Origin: a virus
Virus record (IMG/VR): IMGVR_UViG_3300021976_000003
Coordinates: 1 to 44,466 of that record
Direction: 5' to 3' (one strand)
Length of the DNA: 44,466 nucleotides
This document shows, in pieces, positions 24,378 to 32,310 of the stretch. The notes under the pieces were generated by a model, which was not told where the DNA came from, searched no databases, and worked only from the letters and a program-made list of their open reading frames with translations. The translations under genes were made by a program, and so were the position numbers. Each line of letters starts with the position of its first letter. Position 1 is the first letter of the stretch.

Positions 24378-27300
24378 GCATAAAAACAGACATCATAGAT
24401 AAACTTGGGTTATCCGGATGGCGTGATATATACTATCAACAATATTTGGAAACCAGGATAAATGACGGTTGGATACAATACCGTATCGATGGAGATTGGC
24501 CATGGATTAACGCTGTTGAAGTTGATGAAGCTGCGTTACTGCAAGATATACAGGATAGGTTTGGTGTGGATGCTAGTAGAGAAGGGCAGATAAATACTTA
24601 CATACAAGTGAAATATGACGGCGCATCATTTGATTACCGGCTAATTGGCGTGGCTGAATGGGAAGATTCCGGCGATATAGCAGATATACCGCCGACTGCT
24701 GTTGCCGGGCCAGACCAGGATTTGCCGGATGGGGATACGGAAACAACATTAACTGGTAGTGGCATTTCCGGTACTAATCCAATAGTAAGTTATTTGTGGG
24801 AACAGATAAGTGGACCTGGGACTGCGGTTATTGTAGCACCGAATGCTGCTATCACTCTTGTGCAGGGAATGCTTACGGGGAATACCGTATTCAGGTTGAC
24901 GGTTACGGATAGCATTGGCCTTACCGGACAAGACAGTGTGAGCATTATGGTAGATGCTGTTGTACCGGCTAGCTTTGAACTGCTGACTGACCCTTGGACG
25001 GGTGCGCAGCTTGGGTATATATTCAAACCGGCAGGCTATACCGATGATGGGCCACCGGTTCCGGGAAGAGTATATTGTAATGGCGGTGGAGAGAATGGTA
25101 GCGATCCTACCTTATTGGTAACCCTGGGGCCATTTGCTAATCTGTGCGCTGAAGGGCTAGAATATCAATCACTAATTATATTCTACCAATCACTCAGTGG
25201 ATGGACCGATCCGCTGGTTTTGGCAGCATACAACTACATGATAAATAATTATAATGTAGATGTTACGATGATTTATGGCGATGGTGCCAGCTCCGGAGCT
25301 GCTGCGGTGGTTAATTTCCACGCTTCTAATCCTGGCAAGTTTGCTGCTGTTTTTGCCTGCGGACTGCCCGGTACTAATGCAATAGATACCAATGCTGCTG
25401 CCTATACAAACTTCCCATTAAGGTTGCTGCATGGGATGGCAGATGCGGTAGTGGATGTACAAAACCCGGCAAATGATAGCGATGCTATAAACGCTACTGG
25501 TCCAATGATCCCAGCGGAACTTAGGACAGTAGCAGGAGGAACGCATAGCCGTGATACGTGGAATCCTTACGGATGGGATTACCGGACAGCAGGGTATAAT
25601 ATAGAAACAGACTGGATGTACCTGCATTCAACAGATATTGAAGTGACAGCAGAAAACTATGTCAACCGGGCGTATGAGATAGTTGGAGTTACAGTAGATA
25701 AAGTATCGTACTACTTGAAAGCCAGAAACGTAGTGAGCCTACTGACGGCCGGAGAGGTAAAAACACAGCTTACCTCTGCCCTCGATGCTATGGAGGATGA
25801 AATGAATGGAGCTGCGGATATTATAATCGTGGATTTAGGTATTGCTACTTACCCGGCTGGCACTAACCAAAACAAGATATCTGCCCAGGTTAACGGGGCA
25901 AATAGCGGAGCATTGGTTACCTTGGCAGGCGTTACGACGGGCATATCGTTTGTTCAGGTAGTAAGCCAGTGGGCTGAATCAGGTGACCTAAGTATTGTCG
26001 GACGGCACTTTGGGTTGATCAATTACCGGGATGGGTTCAGGGTAGAAGGGACTGCTAATGAATGGCAGTTTACAGGGATTACTGGTACTTGCGACCTGGG
26101 TGTATTTTATGGTAGCCGCCGGGCTATTAACAGTGTGCTGCCTTCAATGGCGGTGTCCTTTGGCGGACAAACCATTAATAGTGTAGACGATTCATACAAC
26201 ACCACAAATCGTATCGTATTTTCAGATAAGGCGCATACAGGCGGTATACTATCACTACAGCCAGACGCACTCACCGGACAGTTCGCTATAATTAATAACC
26301 TGATCCTTATCCAAAAAGGAGGTGAGGGGCCGGGGGAGCCTGAACCGTCTTTGGAGAATCCAGAGGCGGCTGATTTTGTTCCTTTAAGGACGTTTACCAT
26401 AACGCCTGATGCAGATGCTAGAAATGAAATAAACGGTAGCAGTTATTTGCCGGGTGATCTGATATTGTTGTCGGGTACGTTCAAGTACATATCGTTCACC
26501 AATCTGAATGGCGCTGAAGGGAATCCTATCGTTATCCAGAATAAGCCCGGGGAGGTAGTTAATATCGGGGACCAGACCTGGTCCGGTGGTTCATGGGCTG
26601 GCAGCCTGGCGATACTGAACTGTCACCACTTTATTATTTGGGGGACAAATGTAGGTTCATTAATAGTAGATGGGTCTACTTCCGACCTTGCACCTGGTGG
26701 TAATGCTGTACGGGCTGCGTACTTCAACTTCAGCCTGAACAATTACAGTGACAATTTTCGGATTTGTTATTTGACAGTAAGGAACGGCGGTACTGGCATA
26801 TGGTGTAAGAAAGAAGTTGTTGGCAGTGATCCTAATAGCTTTGGAAGCAACACCCTGGACAATATAGAATTTGACCATAACTATATTCACGATACTTGGA
26901 ATGAAGGTATGTACCTGGGGCATAGCGCCACGTTTTGGAACATCAATACCAATGCGCCATTGTATCCTAATACATGGGACCCAACGCCGGACCCGGCCAT
27001 TTATAAGGTACCCATACGAATTAACAATCTGAAGGTACATCATAATCTTGTTCGTAGGACAGGCGCAGATGGCATACAAATAGCAAATTGCGACAATATA
27101 GAGATTAATAATAACGAAGTAGATGATGCTGCAACGCGTCATGATGTGAGCCATAATGGAGGGATTATTGTGGGCGGGGTTACTGGCCACTCAATACATG
27201 ACAACTATATTCACAATTGCTGGGGAGAGTTGATTCAAATGTACGCGAAGGGAGCGGGTACGATCCATAACAACTTACTCGTGGGCGGACAGCATAACGG

Positions 27301-27643
27301 TATTGGACTTCGTACTACCAACAACGCCATACAGACTATTACCAATAATACCATTGCGGTTATATCCGAGCAATCTATCCGAGTTAACGGGCATTATAAC
27401 GGTAACATCCCGGCAGACCCTGCGCAGTCTCCGCATATTCTTCAAAGGAATATCCTGGCCGATCCTTTAAATGCCAGCTCTTACATATACCTGGAAAACG
27501 AAGGCAAGGTGACAGAAGGCACAGCAACCGATGCTAATGTTAAGCAATTGACGTTAGCGGGCCTGGATACCGAGAACTGGTACTTACCTGCAAGCGGAAC
27601 AGCAGGTTATAGACATACAAGTGAAATAGGAATACCAATATAA
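24374..27643 (+). CDS. Multidomain tail fibre/depolymerase: PKD-like Ig domain, alpha/beta-hydrolase esterase and right-handed beta-helix (1089 aa)
   Basis: AGPDQDLPDGDTETTLTGSG...SYLWEQISGP...FRLTVTDSIGLTGQDSVSIMV (PKD-like). GDGASSGAA (GxSxG at nt 25283..25297) with LLHGMADAVVDV and GGTHS (esterase-like). Repeats NNNEVDD...IHDNYIHNC...HNNLL...NNTIA (beta-helix). Confidence 0.7.
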   Translation: MSIKTDIIDKLGLSGWRDIYYQQYLETRINDGWIQYRIDGDWPWINAVEVDEAALLQDIQDRFGVDASREGQINTYIQVKYDGASFDYRLIGVAEWEDSGDIADIPPTAVAGPDQDLPDGDTETTLTGSGISGTNPIVSYLWEQISGPGTAVIVAPNAAITLVQGMLTGNTVFRLTVTDSIGLTGQDSVSIMVDAVVPASFELLTDPWTGAQLGYIFKPAGYTDDGPPVPGRVYCNGGGENGSDPTLLVTLGPFANLCAEGLEYQSLIIFYQSLSGWTDPLVLAAYNYMINNYNVDVTMIYGDGASSGAAAVVNFHASNPGKFAAVFACGLPGTNAIDTNAAAYTNFPLRLLHGMADAVVDVQNPANDSDAINATGPMIPAELRTVAGGTHSRDTWNPYGWDYRTAGYNIETDWMYLHSTDIEVTAENYVNRAYEIVGVTVDKVSYYLKARNVVSLLTAGEVKTQLTSALDAMEDEMNGAADIIIVDLGIATYPAGTNQNKISAQVNGANSGALVTLAGVTTGISFVQVVSQWAESGDLSIVGRHFGLINYRDGFRVEGTANEWQFTGITGTCDLGVFYGSRRAINSVLPSMAVSFGGQTINSVDDSYNTTNRIVFSDKAHTGGILSLQPDALTGQFAIINNLILIQKGGEGPGEPEPSLENPEAADFVPLRTFTITPDADARNEINGSSYLPGDLILLSGTFKYISFTNLNGAEGNPIVIQNKPGEVVNIGDQTWSGGSWAGSLAILNCHHFIIWGTNVGSLIVDGSTSDLAPGGNAVRAAYFNFSLNNYSDNFRICYLTVRNGGTGIWCKKEVVGSDPNSFGSNTLDNIEFDHNYIHDTWNEGMYLGHSATFWNINTNAPLYPNTWDPTPDPAIYKVPIRINNLKVHHNLVRRTGADGIQIANCDNIEINNNEVDDAATRHDVSHNGGIIVGGVTGHSIHDNYIHNCWGELIQMYAKGAGTIHNNLLVGGQHNGIGLRTTNNAIQTITNNTIAVISEQSIRVNGHYNGNIPADPAQSPHILQRNILADPLNASSYIYLENEGKVTEGTATDANVKQLTLAGLDTENWYLPASGTAGYRHTSEIGIPI

Positions 27644-27648
27644 TAACA

Positions 27649-28131
27649 ATGGACGAGATAACATTAAAAAGAATACAGACATTGCATCCGGTATTAAGGG
27701 AAGAGGCCGTGCAGATTTATGATGAAATAAACAAAGCACTTACTGGCCGAGCAATGTGTAGATTTACACAAGCGCTGCGCACCATAGAAGAGCAGGACGG
27801 ATTATATGCGCAAGGCCGCAGCAAACCGGGTAAAATCGTCACCAATGCTAAAGGTGGTACAAGTTATCATAACTATGGATTAGCTGTTGATATTGTCCTT
27901 ATATTGGACAATAAGCAGATAAGCTGGGATATGAAAACAGACTACGACGATGATAACTTCCCGGATTGGATGGAGTGCGTAAGGATATTTGAATCTCACG
28001 GGTGGGAGTGGGGCGGTCGCTGGATCAGTTTTAAAGACTTTCCACACTTTCAAAAAACATTTGGGTATACCATAAAGGCATTACAAATAATTGATCGGAT
28101 AGATGGCTATCCAAACATTACTGCATTATAA
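27649..28131 (+). CDS. Endolysin, peptidase M15 family (L-alanyl-D-glutamate / VanY-type peptidase)
   Basis: SYHNYGLAVDI (SxHxxGxAxD zinc-binding motif) and WEWGGRW...DFPHFQ (DxxH), as in M15 cell-wall peptidases. Confidence 0.85.
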   Translation: MDEITLKRIQTLHPVLREEAVQIYDEINKALTGRAMCRFTQALRTIEEQDGLYAQGRSKPGKIVTNAKGGTSYHNYGLAVDIVLILDNKQISWDMKTDYDDDNFPDWMECVRIFESHGWEWGGRWISFKDFPHFQKTFGYTIKALQIIDRIDGYPNITAL

Positions 28132-28158
28132 GTATCTATACATACAGGGGTTTATATT

Positions 28159-28186
28159 AGGCTGGCTTTTATAGGCCGGCCTTTTT
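28159..28186 (+). terminator. Intrinsic terminator after the endolysin gene
   Basis: 8-bp stem AGGCTGGC/GCCGGCCT (one G-U pair), 8-nt loop, then TTTTT. Confidence 0.6.
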
Positions 28187-28216
28187 ATGCAATAAGGTTG
28201 CAATAAAATAGTTAAA

Positions 28217-28250
28217 GAAATATTTGGTAGTCTCGTTCTTATATCGGAAC
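28217..28250 (+). promoter_or_regulatory. Early-region motif pair GAAATATTTGGT ... ATATCGGAAC (copy 1)
   Basis: The 12-mer at 28217..28228 is identical to 29717..29728. The 10-mer at 28241..28250 is identical to 29733..29742 and 32792..32801. Confidence 0.4.
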
Positions 28251-28298
28251 TTTGGCTTATCAATCACGATTCTAAGATAGATATAGGGTTAAAATTAC

Positions 28299-28323
28299 GG
28301 AGCTGGTTTTTACTGGCTCCTTT
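28299..28323 (+). terminator. Hairpin followed by TTT (weak terminator/attenuator)
   Basis: GGAGCTGG-TTTTTA-CTGGCTCC (8 bp including two G-U pairs), then TTTAAAAA. Confidence 0.3.
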
Positions 28324-28495
28324 AAAAAGAAAAGAAAGAAGTTATAACTATAACGAACAGCGGTAAGATAGGGGGATGTCATGCGCATCAACGCCAATTT
28401 TTATGTATGACTTAGTGCTTCGCAGTGGTAAAGCGATCCTTCGGACCCACGACCGCTTATATTGTAAAAGATTGTTAGTGCTTGGGGATTATGGC

Positions 28496-28553
28496 GGCGG
28501 AGAAACGGTAATATGGGTGTAGGCCATATAGGGTTCGAATCCCTTCTCCGCCC
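28496..28553 (+). ncRNA. 58-nt tRNA-like element lacking a D arm and variable loop (anticodon-like loop GUGUAGG, GUA centre)
   Basis: Perfect acceptor pairing of 28496-28503 with 28545-28552. Canonical T arm AGGG-TTCGAAT-CCCT (GGTTCGAATCC). A 6-bp hairpin ATATGG/CCATAT with a 7-nt loop. No CCA is encoded. Too short for a normal tRNA. Confidence 0.45.
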
Positions 28554-28644
28554 GAAGCCGGCAACTAAACCGTGGCTGTTAATCCGGCGCAGCATAAAAA
28601 CACGGGAGAATATGGTTAGTTTAGCGTTTTACATGACTTTCTCC

Positions 28645-28667
28645 GGGGACAGGTTCGTCCTGTCCCT
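28645..28667 (+). promoter_or_regulatory. Perfect 8-bp hairpin GGGACAGG-TTCGT-CCTGTCCC just upstream of the first early gene
   Basis: Read directly. Located 15 nt before ATG 28682. The downstream T content is poor for a classical terminator. Confidence 0.35.
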
Positions 28668-28681
28668 TCATCTTGCAAATT

Positions 28682-28882
28682 ATGAAAATAGGCGTAACGG
28701 AATATGCGAAGAAGCTAAAGATCACCACCAGGGCAATAACCAAACGGATAGCCACGAATGAATCAAAAGGTGAACCATTACACAGGGGACTATTCGCTGT
28801 TAAGCTGGTAGAGATAGAGCCTTGGAGTAGCGGCAGGAGATACAGGTTACACCTCAATACTAAAAAATGGTCTACATTATAG
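28682..28882 (+). CDS. Small helix-turn-helix DNA-binding protein (66 aa from ATG 28682)
   Basis: The ORF track lists 28673 (TTG start). MKIGVTEYAKKLKITTRAITKRIA fits an HTH (excisionase/MerR-like) pattern. It is the first gene of the early block. Confidence 0.45.
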   Translation: MKIGVTEYAKKLKITTRAITKRIATNESKGEPLHRGLFAVKLVEIEPWSSGRRYRLHLNTKKWSTL

Positions 28883-28930
28883 GCGCAGTATTTGGCCTAA
28901 TCCTTTATTATATCTTTCACCACATATACC

Positions 28931-29203
28931 ATGATAATGAATATCCGTAATACCTTAAAAACTTTTGTGGAGTATGTATTCCCCACTGCTACTATTCAAG
29001 AAAGACATGTAGCTTTTGCACAATGTTGGCATGAACTGTCATTGAAAGCTAAACGACAGCAGTTAGATTATATTGAATCAGCACAGAAATTATACGGGCA
29101 TGATGCCGCTGTTGATCTGTTGCGATTTGCTTATAAGTATTCCATTATTTCAGATTACTGTTCTGCGAGAAGAGATTCAGCAATAGAGAAAAGTATCAAT
29201 TGA
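28931..29203 (+). CDS. Hypothetical early protein (90 aa)
   Basis: ORF track. No motif recognised. Confidence 0.5.
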   Translation: MIMNIRNTLKTFVEYVFPTATIQERHVAFAQCWHELSLKAKRQQLDYIESAQKLYGHDAAVDLLRFAYKYSIISDYCSARRDSAIEKSIN

Positions 29204-29269
29204 TCTGCATTATACAGCTTTGAACACCGGCGCGTAGTATCTACTACGTGCCTTTTTAAACCCAATAAC

Positions 29270-29509
29270 ATGATAGACGATTTACGGCGCGTGGTGGTAT
29301 TGATTACCAAACACGGGCAACACGATACCAGGGTAATAGAAGATACCCAAAAGGCGATAGTATTTACAAACATGCTCCTGGAAAAGCGTAGAATGGTTTT
29401 AGAGATAAGGATTACCCCTGAACCTGATTGGAGTAATAACAGGATGGCTTTTGAAGCCTACAAGGGTGGATATGATTGGCATAGAGCGAAGGAGGTGTTG
29501 GGACTATGA
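29270..29509 (+). CDS. Hypothetical early protein (79 aa)
   Basis: ORF track. ATGA coupling to the next ORF. Confidence 0.5.
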   Translation: MIDDLRRVVVLITKHGQHDTRVIEDTQKAIVFTNMLLEKRRMVLEIRITPEPDWSNNRMAFEAYKGGYDWHRAKEVLGL

Positions 29510-29709
29510 ATGAAGAAGAAAAGAAAATAATTCAATTATTACAAATGTTAGATGAATTATATCAAACTTACCATGAAATACAATCAGGGAGGGGGAAATT
29601 GATCGAAAATTTCAGCCTTCCAATAGTATATAATAAGATCATGGCTTCAATTAAAAATAAGTCAATGGTTGGCCGTCTCCATAAATTTGCAACAAAGTTT
29701 CAAAAATAA
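29506..29709 (+). CDS. Hypothetical early protein (67 aa)
   Basis: ORF track. Confidence 0.5.
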   Translation: MNEEEKKIIQLLQMLDELYQTYHEIQSGRGKLIENFSLPIVYNKIMASIKNKSMVGRLHKFATKFQK

Positions 29710-29716
29710 ATATGCC

Positions 29717-29755
29717 GAAATATTTGGTTCCCATATCGGAACTTTTGTATCTTTG
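29717..29755 (+). promoter_or_regulatory. Motif pair GAAATATTTGGT ... ATATCGGAAC (copy 2) followed by the -7 box TATCTTTG (29748..29755)
   Basis: Exact repeats of the copy-1 motifs. TAnnTTTG lies 22 nt upstream of ATG 29778. Confidence 0.4.
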
Positions 29756-29777
29756 TTCTATCAACAACAAACAAGCC

Positions 29778-29981
29778 ATGAAACAACAATTAATAAAATG
29801 TACCAACTGTGGTCGGCCCATAGACCCGAAAAAAATTAAATGGCTTGAGCTGTCGATTACAGATGGTTGTTACTATACAGTGTTACCAAGTAGCCACCTT
29901 TCACAAGGGTCATTCTCCTTTGGAACCGACTGCGCAATCTCCGAATTAAAACGAACACTGAAATCAATACGACAAGCATAA
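29778..29981 (+). CDS. Small zinc-ribbon-like protein (67 aa from ATG 29778)
   Basis: The ORF track lists 29712. The internal ATG 29778 (MKQQLIKCTNCGRPI...) is preferred because the regulatory repeat and -7 box occupy 29717..29755. CTNC...C...C pattern. Confidence 0.45.
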   Translation: MKQQLIKCTNCGRPIDPKKIKWLELSITDGCYYTVLPSSHLSQGSFSFGTDCAISELKRTLKSIRQA

Positions 29982-29986
29982 CCTGT

Positions 29987-30000
29987 CGCGCCGTAACGCG
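29987..30000 (+). promoter_or_regulatory. Conserved hairpin CGCG-CCGTAA-CGCG (copy 1)
   Basis: 14-mer identical to 32517..32530. Lies immediately after stop 29981. Confidence 0.35.
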
Positions 30001-30017
30001 GAACAAACCTTAACACC

Positions 30018-30161
30018 ATGACACACTTCATAATTAACAACTTCTACACCTTCATCGTACCGTTTGTATTAATGCCTTTGGGTACACTGTTAGTAGTTTA
30101 TGGTTTCGTCCGCTTAGTACGCGGTGGATTATTTTCTAACTTCATAAACTTTGGGAAATGA
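30018..30161 (+). CDS. 47-aa membrane peptide (below the ORF-track cutoff)
   Basis: Own translation MTHFIINNFYTFIVPFVLMPLGTLLVVYGFVRLVRGGLFSNFINFGK. Its stop overlaps ATG 30158 (ATGA). Confidence 0.4.
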   Translation: MTHFIINNFYTFIVPFVLMPLGTLLVVYGFVRLVRGGLFSNFINFGK

Positions 30162-30481
30162 ACAAACTACCAAAACGTTTCAAAGAGCGCTGGATTAAGG
30201 CGCTGCTGTCGGGGAAATATAAGCAGGGTCGTGGGTATTTGTATGAGCCAACAACGGAATGCTATTGCGCGTTAGGCGTGGCCGGGGATGTACTCGGAGT
30301 ACCCAAGACACAACTTTCCTATACGTGTACCCTAGACAATTTTTTACTGACTAAAGAACCTATACCTGGACAATTGATGCATACAGGACTCGGTTCTATA
30401 GCCAATAAAATAGCAACCTTCAACGATCAAAAGTATCGCTCCTTCAGGTGGATTGCTTACTATATAAAACGGTATTTATGA
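30158..30481 (+). CDS. Conserved-looking phage protein (107 aa)
   Basis: ORF track. The pattern FKERWIKALLSGKYKQGRGYL...CYCALGV recurs in phage proteins of unknown function (from memory, unverified). Confidence 0.5.
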   Translation: MNKLPKRFKERWIKALLSGKYKQGRGYLYEPTTECYCALGVAGDVLGVPKTQLSYTCTLDNFLLTKEPIPGQLMHTGLGSIANKIATFNDQKYRSFRWIAYYIKRYL

Positions 30482-30813
30482 TAACAAAGGAAGACATACG
30501 AACAGAATCCATCTTATATGTCGATAGGATAACGCCTTATGGTGAATGGCAGTATGAGGCAAAATTATGCAGGGAAGCATTTTCCGCCGGCGCTAAATGG
30601 GCTATCGATCAGCAGCAGTGGATTAGTACGGCAGACAGAATGCCAGAAGAATTAATATCTGTCATTGTATTTATCCCTGGCCAGGATTATATTGGGTCTG
30701 CTATTTATGAACGTGTAGAGGGCTGGTATGAGACATACGAAAATGTAGTAATCAATGATCCCGTCACACATTGGATGCAGTTGCCTTCACCACCTAAAAT
30801 TACCGAAGCATGA
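30478..30813 (+). CDS. DUF551-like phage protein (111 aa from ATG 30478)
   Basis: The ORF track lists 30448. ATG 30478 overlaps the upstream stop (ATGA). QWISTADRMPEE...VIVFIP...VTHWMQLPSPP matches the DUF551 pattern (W..v.drlPe ... THWMPLPePP). Confidence 0.55.
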   Translation: MITKEDIRTESILYVDRITPYGEWQYEAKLCREAFSAGAKWAIDQQQWISTADRMPEELISVIVFIPGQDYIGSAIYERVEGWYETYENVVINDPVTHWMQLPSPPKITEA

Positions 30814-31127
30814 ACAATTACCTACACCTATATTTAGGACAGGAATGCGAGATAACCACGATAGACGATAAAGTGAAGATGCATATCGTTAATATAAAAA
30901 CCTTATCATTTATTGACAGCACTAGAAGTGTTACTAGCGTCAAACTAAAACTACGCCCGCTGTCTGATATGACGGATGAAGAACAGGAAAAATGGGAATC
31001 ACTAGAACCTTCTTCAGGTATGGCGAAGAACGAGGCAGCCCGTACCGCATACCTACTTTCTCGGGGCTTTGATTTGTTCGGACTTATAGAAGAGGGATTA
31101 GCAATACCAAAATACGCACAACCATGA
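30810..31127 (+). CDS. Hypothetical early protein (105 aa)
   Basis: ORF track. ATGA coupling on both sides. Confidence 0.5.
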   Translation: MNNYLHLYLGQECEITTIDDKVKMHIVNIKTLSFIDSTRSVTSVKLKLRPLSDMTDEEQEKWESLEPSSGMAKNEAARTAYLLSRGFDLFGLIEEGLAIPKYAQP

Positions 31128-31312
31128 AACGACTACCATTCCCTTTCGTATGGTTCTCCCTACTAATAATATTTGACGCCCTGGCTATGTGGGGATTGAT
31201 AAAATGGTCACCTCACGGGATAGCATTTATCACTTCAGGCATCTTGGGGATGGTTATAGGTATAACAAATACAGTAATATCCTGGTTCATAGCATTAAAA
31301 ATTACTCGCTAA
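31124..31312 (+). CDS. Two-pass membrane protein (62 aa)
   Basis: Hydrophobic segments FPFVWFSLLIIFDALAMWGLI and ITSGILGMVIGITNTVISWFIAL. Confidence 0.5.
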   Translation: MKRLPFPFVWFSLLIIFDALAMWGLIKWSPHGIAFITSGILGMVIGITNTVISWFIALKITR

Positions 31313-31390
31313 ATGACCCACACAGAACGACAACAAAGTAAACGTACAGCAGTGTACATATTGATAACAGTATTAATTTATTTATTATGA
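31313..31390 (+). CDS. 25-aa membrane peptide (below the ORF-track cutoff)
   Basis: Own translation MTHTERQQSKRTAVYILITVLIYLL. It starts directly after the previous TAA and its stop overlaps ATG 31387. Confidence 0.3.
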   Translation: MTHTERQQSKRTAVYILITVLIYLL

Positions 31391-32013
31391 AAAAGTTTGA
31401 ACATATGCACACAAGGATATGGCAGGATGCAATTAGGCTACAGGGTGACGGATGGGAAATTATATCTGTAAATCAGACAGATGAGCACGGCTACAAAGAG
31501 AATGTATATTACATGAAAAGAGAAGCGCCAACAGAAAGCCACAAGGATGATTCGGAACTGTATATGACCCGATACACACCCGGAGTTATACCAGAGGGCT
31601 TCTTTTCCAAATCACGTATTCCGCCACATCTGCAATCTTATGAAGATTGTTTTAGGAAGGTGAAGCCGGAATATTTCATTGATACACATAATGAGATTGC
31701 ACATTTAGCACCTCCTCCGAACGTAAAAAATTTTCATGCTGCGTCTAACCGCGTTCCTTCCCGCAAATGCGCCGAACAATTACAAGCCGCTGCGAAGTTG
31801 TTTGTTATCACAGAGGCGTTAAACGGTGGAGAGTGGGTACCGGAAGCAGGAGAACCAGTTTATGGGATATACTATAGCAGGAATAAAGGTCTTTTATGTG
31901 TTGATGTTGCACAGTTTGTAATATCTTCTCCATATAATTTTAAAAGTAAGGAATTGGGCCTTCAAGCAATCCGGATCGCTTCACCCATTTGGCTAAAATA
32001 TTTCGGTGTATGA
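31387..32013 (+). CDS. Hypothetical protein (208 aa)
   Basis: ORF track. Confidence 0.55.
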   Translation: MKKFEHMHTRIWQDAIRLQGDGWEIISVNQTDEHGYKENVYYMKREAPTESHKDDSELYMTRYTPGVIPEGFFSKSRIPPHLQSYEDCFRKVKPEYFIDTHNEIAHLAPPPNVKNFHAASNRVPSRKCAEQLQAAAKLFVITEALNGGEWVPEAGEPVYGIYYSRNKGLLCVDVAQFVISSPYNFKSKELGLQAIRIASPIWLKYFGV

Positions 32014-32282
32014 CGTATGAAGAAAGACTGAAGAAATTAGAGGCGGAGTTTATGGATGTAATCAGAAACGCATCAGGCCCATACGCCGCCTCTAGTAGAA
32101 TAGCTGCCCTTTGCCTGGAAAAGCAGGCAAAGGCTTTTAAGCGGGGCGCCCAGGAGTTTGGCGGCGCTTATTGGTATGACGCAGATCAATTTGTAGATAT
32201 GATATTGGTAGAACTTATTAAAAACGGCCTTATCCCCACACCAGAACCCCCTAAACCTGAACCTAATAATTGGAAGTTATAA
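32010..32282 (+). CDS. Hypothetical protein (90 aa from ATG 32010)
   Basis: The ORF track lists 31989. ATG 32010 overlaps the upstream stop (ATGA). Confidence 0.5.
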   Translation: MTYEERLKKLEAEFMDVIRNASGPYAASSRIAALCLEKQAKAFKRGAQEFGGAYWYDADQFVDMILVELIKNGLIPTPEPPKPEPNNWKL

Positions 32283-32310
32283 CCGAACCGGCTACGGATA
32301 CCGGTAAAAC

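Noticed and set aside
26660-27190. 176-aa minus-strand ORF inside the 1089-aa fibre gene
   Set aside because: It is antisense to a gene with clear beta-helix repeats and shows no independent signals.
28511-28553. tRNA 3'-end fragment serving as attP for integration into a host tRNA gene
   Set aside because: No tyrosine or serine recombinase, excisionase-integrase pair or repressor was found. This remains possible only if integration uses host or helper functions.
28330-28670. tmRNA (ssrA-like) gene
   Set aside because: The acceptor 5' strand lies only 42 nt upstream of its 3' partner. No tag reading frame ending in ...ALAA-type codons was seen. No GGGG...5' end pairs with the 3' terminus.
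28401-28857. ORFs 28401..28595 (-), 28513..28761 (+) and 28621..28857 (-) as protein genes
   Set aside because: They run through the tRNA-like element and hairpins or overlap the HTH gene out of frame. Their composition (Arg/Pro/Gly-rich) looks non-coding.
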